Positions 63,219-64,000 of a DNA stretch of 64,000 nucleotides are shown here, piece by piece. This DNA comes from Balanoglossus misakiensis. Its lineage: Eukaryota; Animalia; Hemichordata. The notes below the pieces were generated by a model, which saw only the letters and a list, made by a program, of their open reading frames with translations, had not been told where the DNA came from and did not search any database. The DNA is taken from the NCBI GenBank assembly GCA_040954595.2, contig CM082589.2, positions 12,102,894 to 12,166,893 on the forward strand. Reading direction: 5' to 3'. The translations under genes and the position numbers were made by a program. The first letter of the stretch is position 1. Each line of letters starts with the position of its first letter.

Positions 63219-64000
63219 GTAAGTTGGGCTGCAAATTACTCTTATGACTTCCCTGTGTTATAGCATGACATACACAGAAAATTAAACTGTTATGCTCATT
63301 GGAGTTGATATTGTGATGCACTTTGAAAAACACAATGATTCCACTGAAGAGGTATTGTACAGTAACACCTGTGATTACGGACATCTCTCTAATAAGGGAT
63401 CGTTGGACCAAACCAATCGTTCTTTGAATTTTTTCTGTGATAGGTTCATACTCGCTAGGTTCGGCCAAGTCCTTCTGGTTATGAATGCACAACTACAAAT
63501 GTCACACAGTGCGCTACAGGGAAGTAAAGTGTTGAAGGAGGTAAGTCTTGAAATCTCTTTTCTTCTGGTCTCGATTTGAACATGGTTCCACAAGTTGTTT
63601 ACATCACTTGTAGTTTTACATATTTTTTTAGTTCAACAGCTATGCTATACATGGTGTCCTGAGAAGTCGACCAGTATGAGAAGTCGGTATCGGCCAGTAC
63701 GAGAAGTCGGCCTGTGGGAGAGAACCCTGGTACTTTGTGTTATATATAACTGTTTCACTACGAAATGTTTCCTTGATGTACAGGAGCTGAGATATTTGTA
63801 CAAATAGCCGATGAATTTTAAAACTGTCTGTTCACTTTTCATGTACGTCACCGGGGTACGTCAACATCAGTCACCTGCACTTCTTGAGCTGCGCCAGTAG
63901 TCTGTTCCTTGTCACGTTTGTTTGTTTGTTTGTTTGGTGTTGTCTCAGAAAGTATGAATATACACATACATCTTCTATGTATTTTAGTAGGCTTTGAAAC

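Larger units (their letters stand above)
31560..64000 (+). repeat. Recent tandem segmental duplication: copy 1 ~31.0-45.37 kb, copy 2 45713-60796, copy 3 from 61139 to the window end
   Basis: Near-identical sequence and ORF track at offsets ~14,586 and 15,426, with identical junction filler at 45371-45712 and 60797-61138. Confidence 0.97.

Noticed and set aside
31560-64000. Pure assembly artefact
   Set aside because: Copies differ by TE presence, an inversion, repeat number and private indels, and share a novel junction twice. Read depth is still needed to exclude haplotype stacking.

Overview
Eukaryotic (metazoan, probably marine invertebrate; inference), AT-rich, transposon-dense window with no prokaryotic features. 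1-13.9 kb is an apparently autonomous Helentron/Helitron2. It has one uninterrupted 2524-aa ORF (OTU protease, 18-aa repeats, Zn finger, HUH Rep, PIF1 helicase, APE/EEP endonuclease), a long 3' region with ~240-bp repeats and a triplicated terminal hairpin, and it appears inserted in opposite orientation into a non-autonomous relative (13.9-15.55 kb). 15.7-30.6 kb is nested debris: a fold-back element with CTCF-like sites, a Gypsy LTR/gag, CR1- and L2-type LINEs, a second non-autonomous Helentron, Crypton-like elements and TTAA MITEs, plus two stray EGF exons. From 30.6 kb to the end is a decayed multi-exon gene (Cys-rich GCC2/GCC3-like exons followed by 12 phase-1 exons of an 8-Cys EGF variant). 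It lies in a recent ~14.6-15.4 kb tandem duplication (2 full copies and a partial third) whose junction coincides with inverted-repeat elements. All calls were read by eye without database searches.
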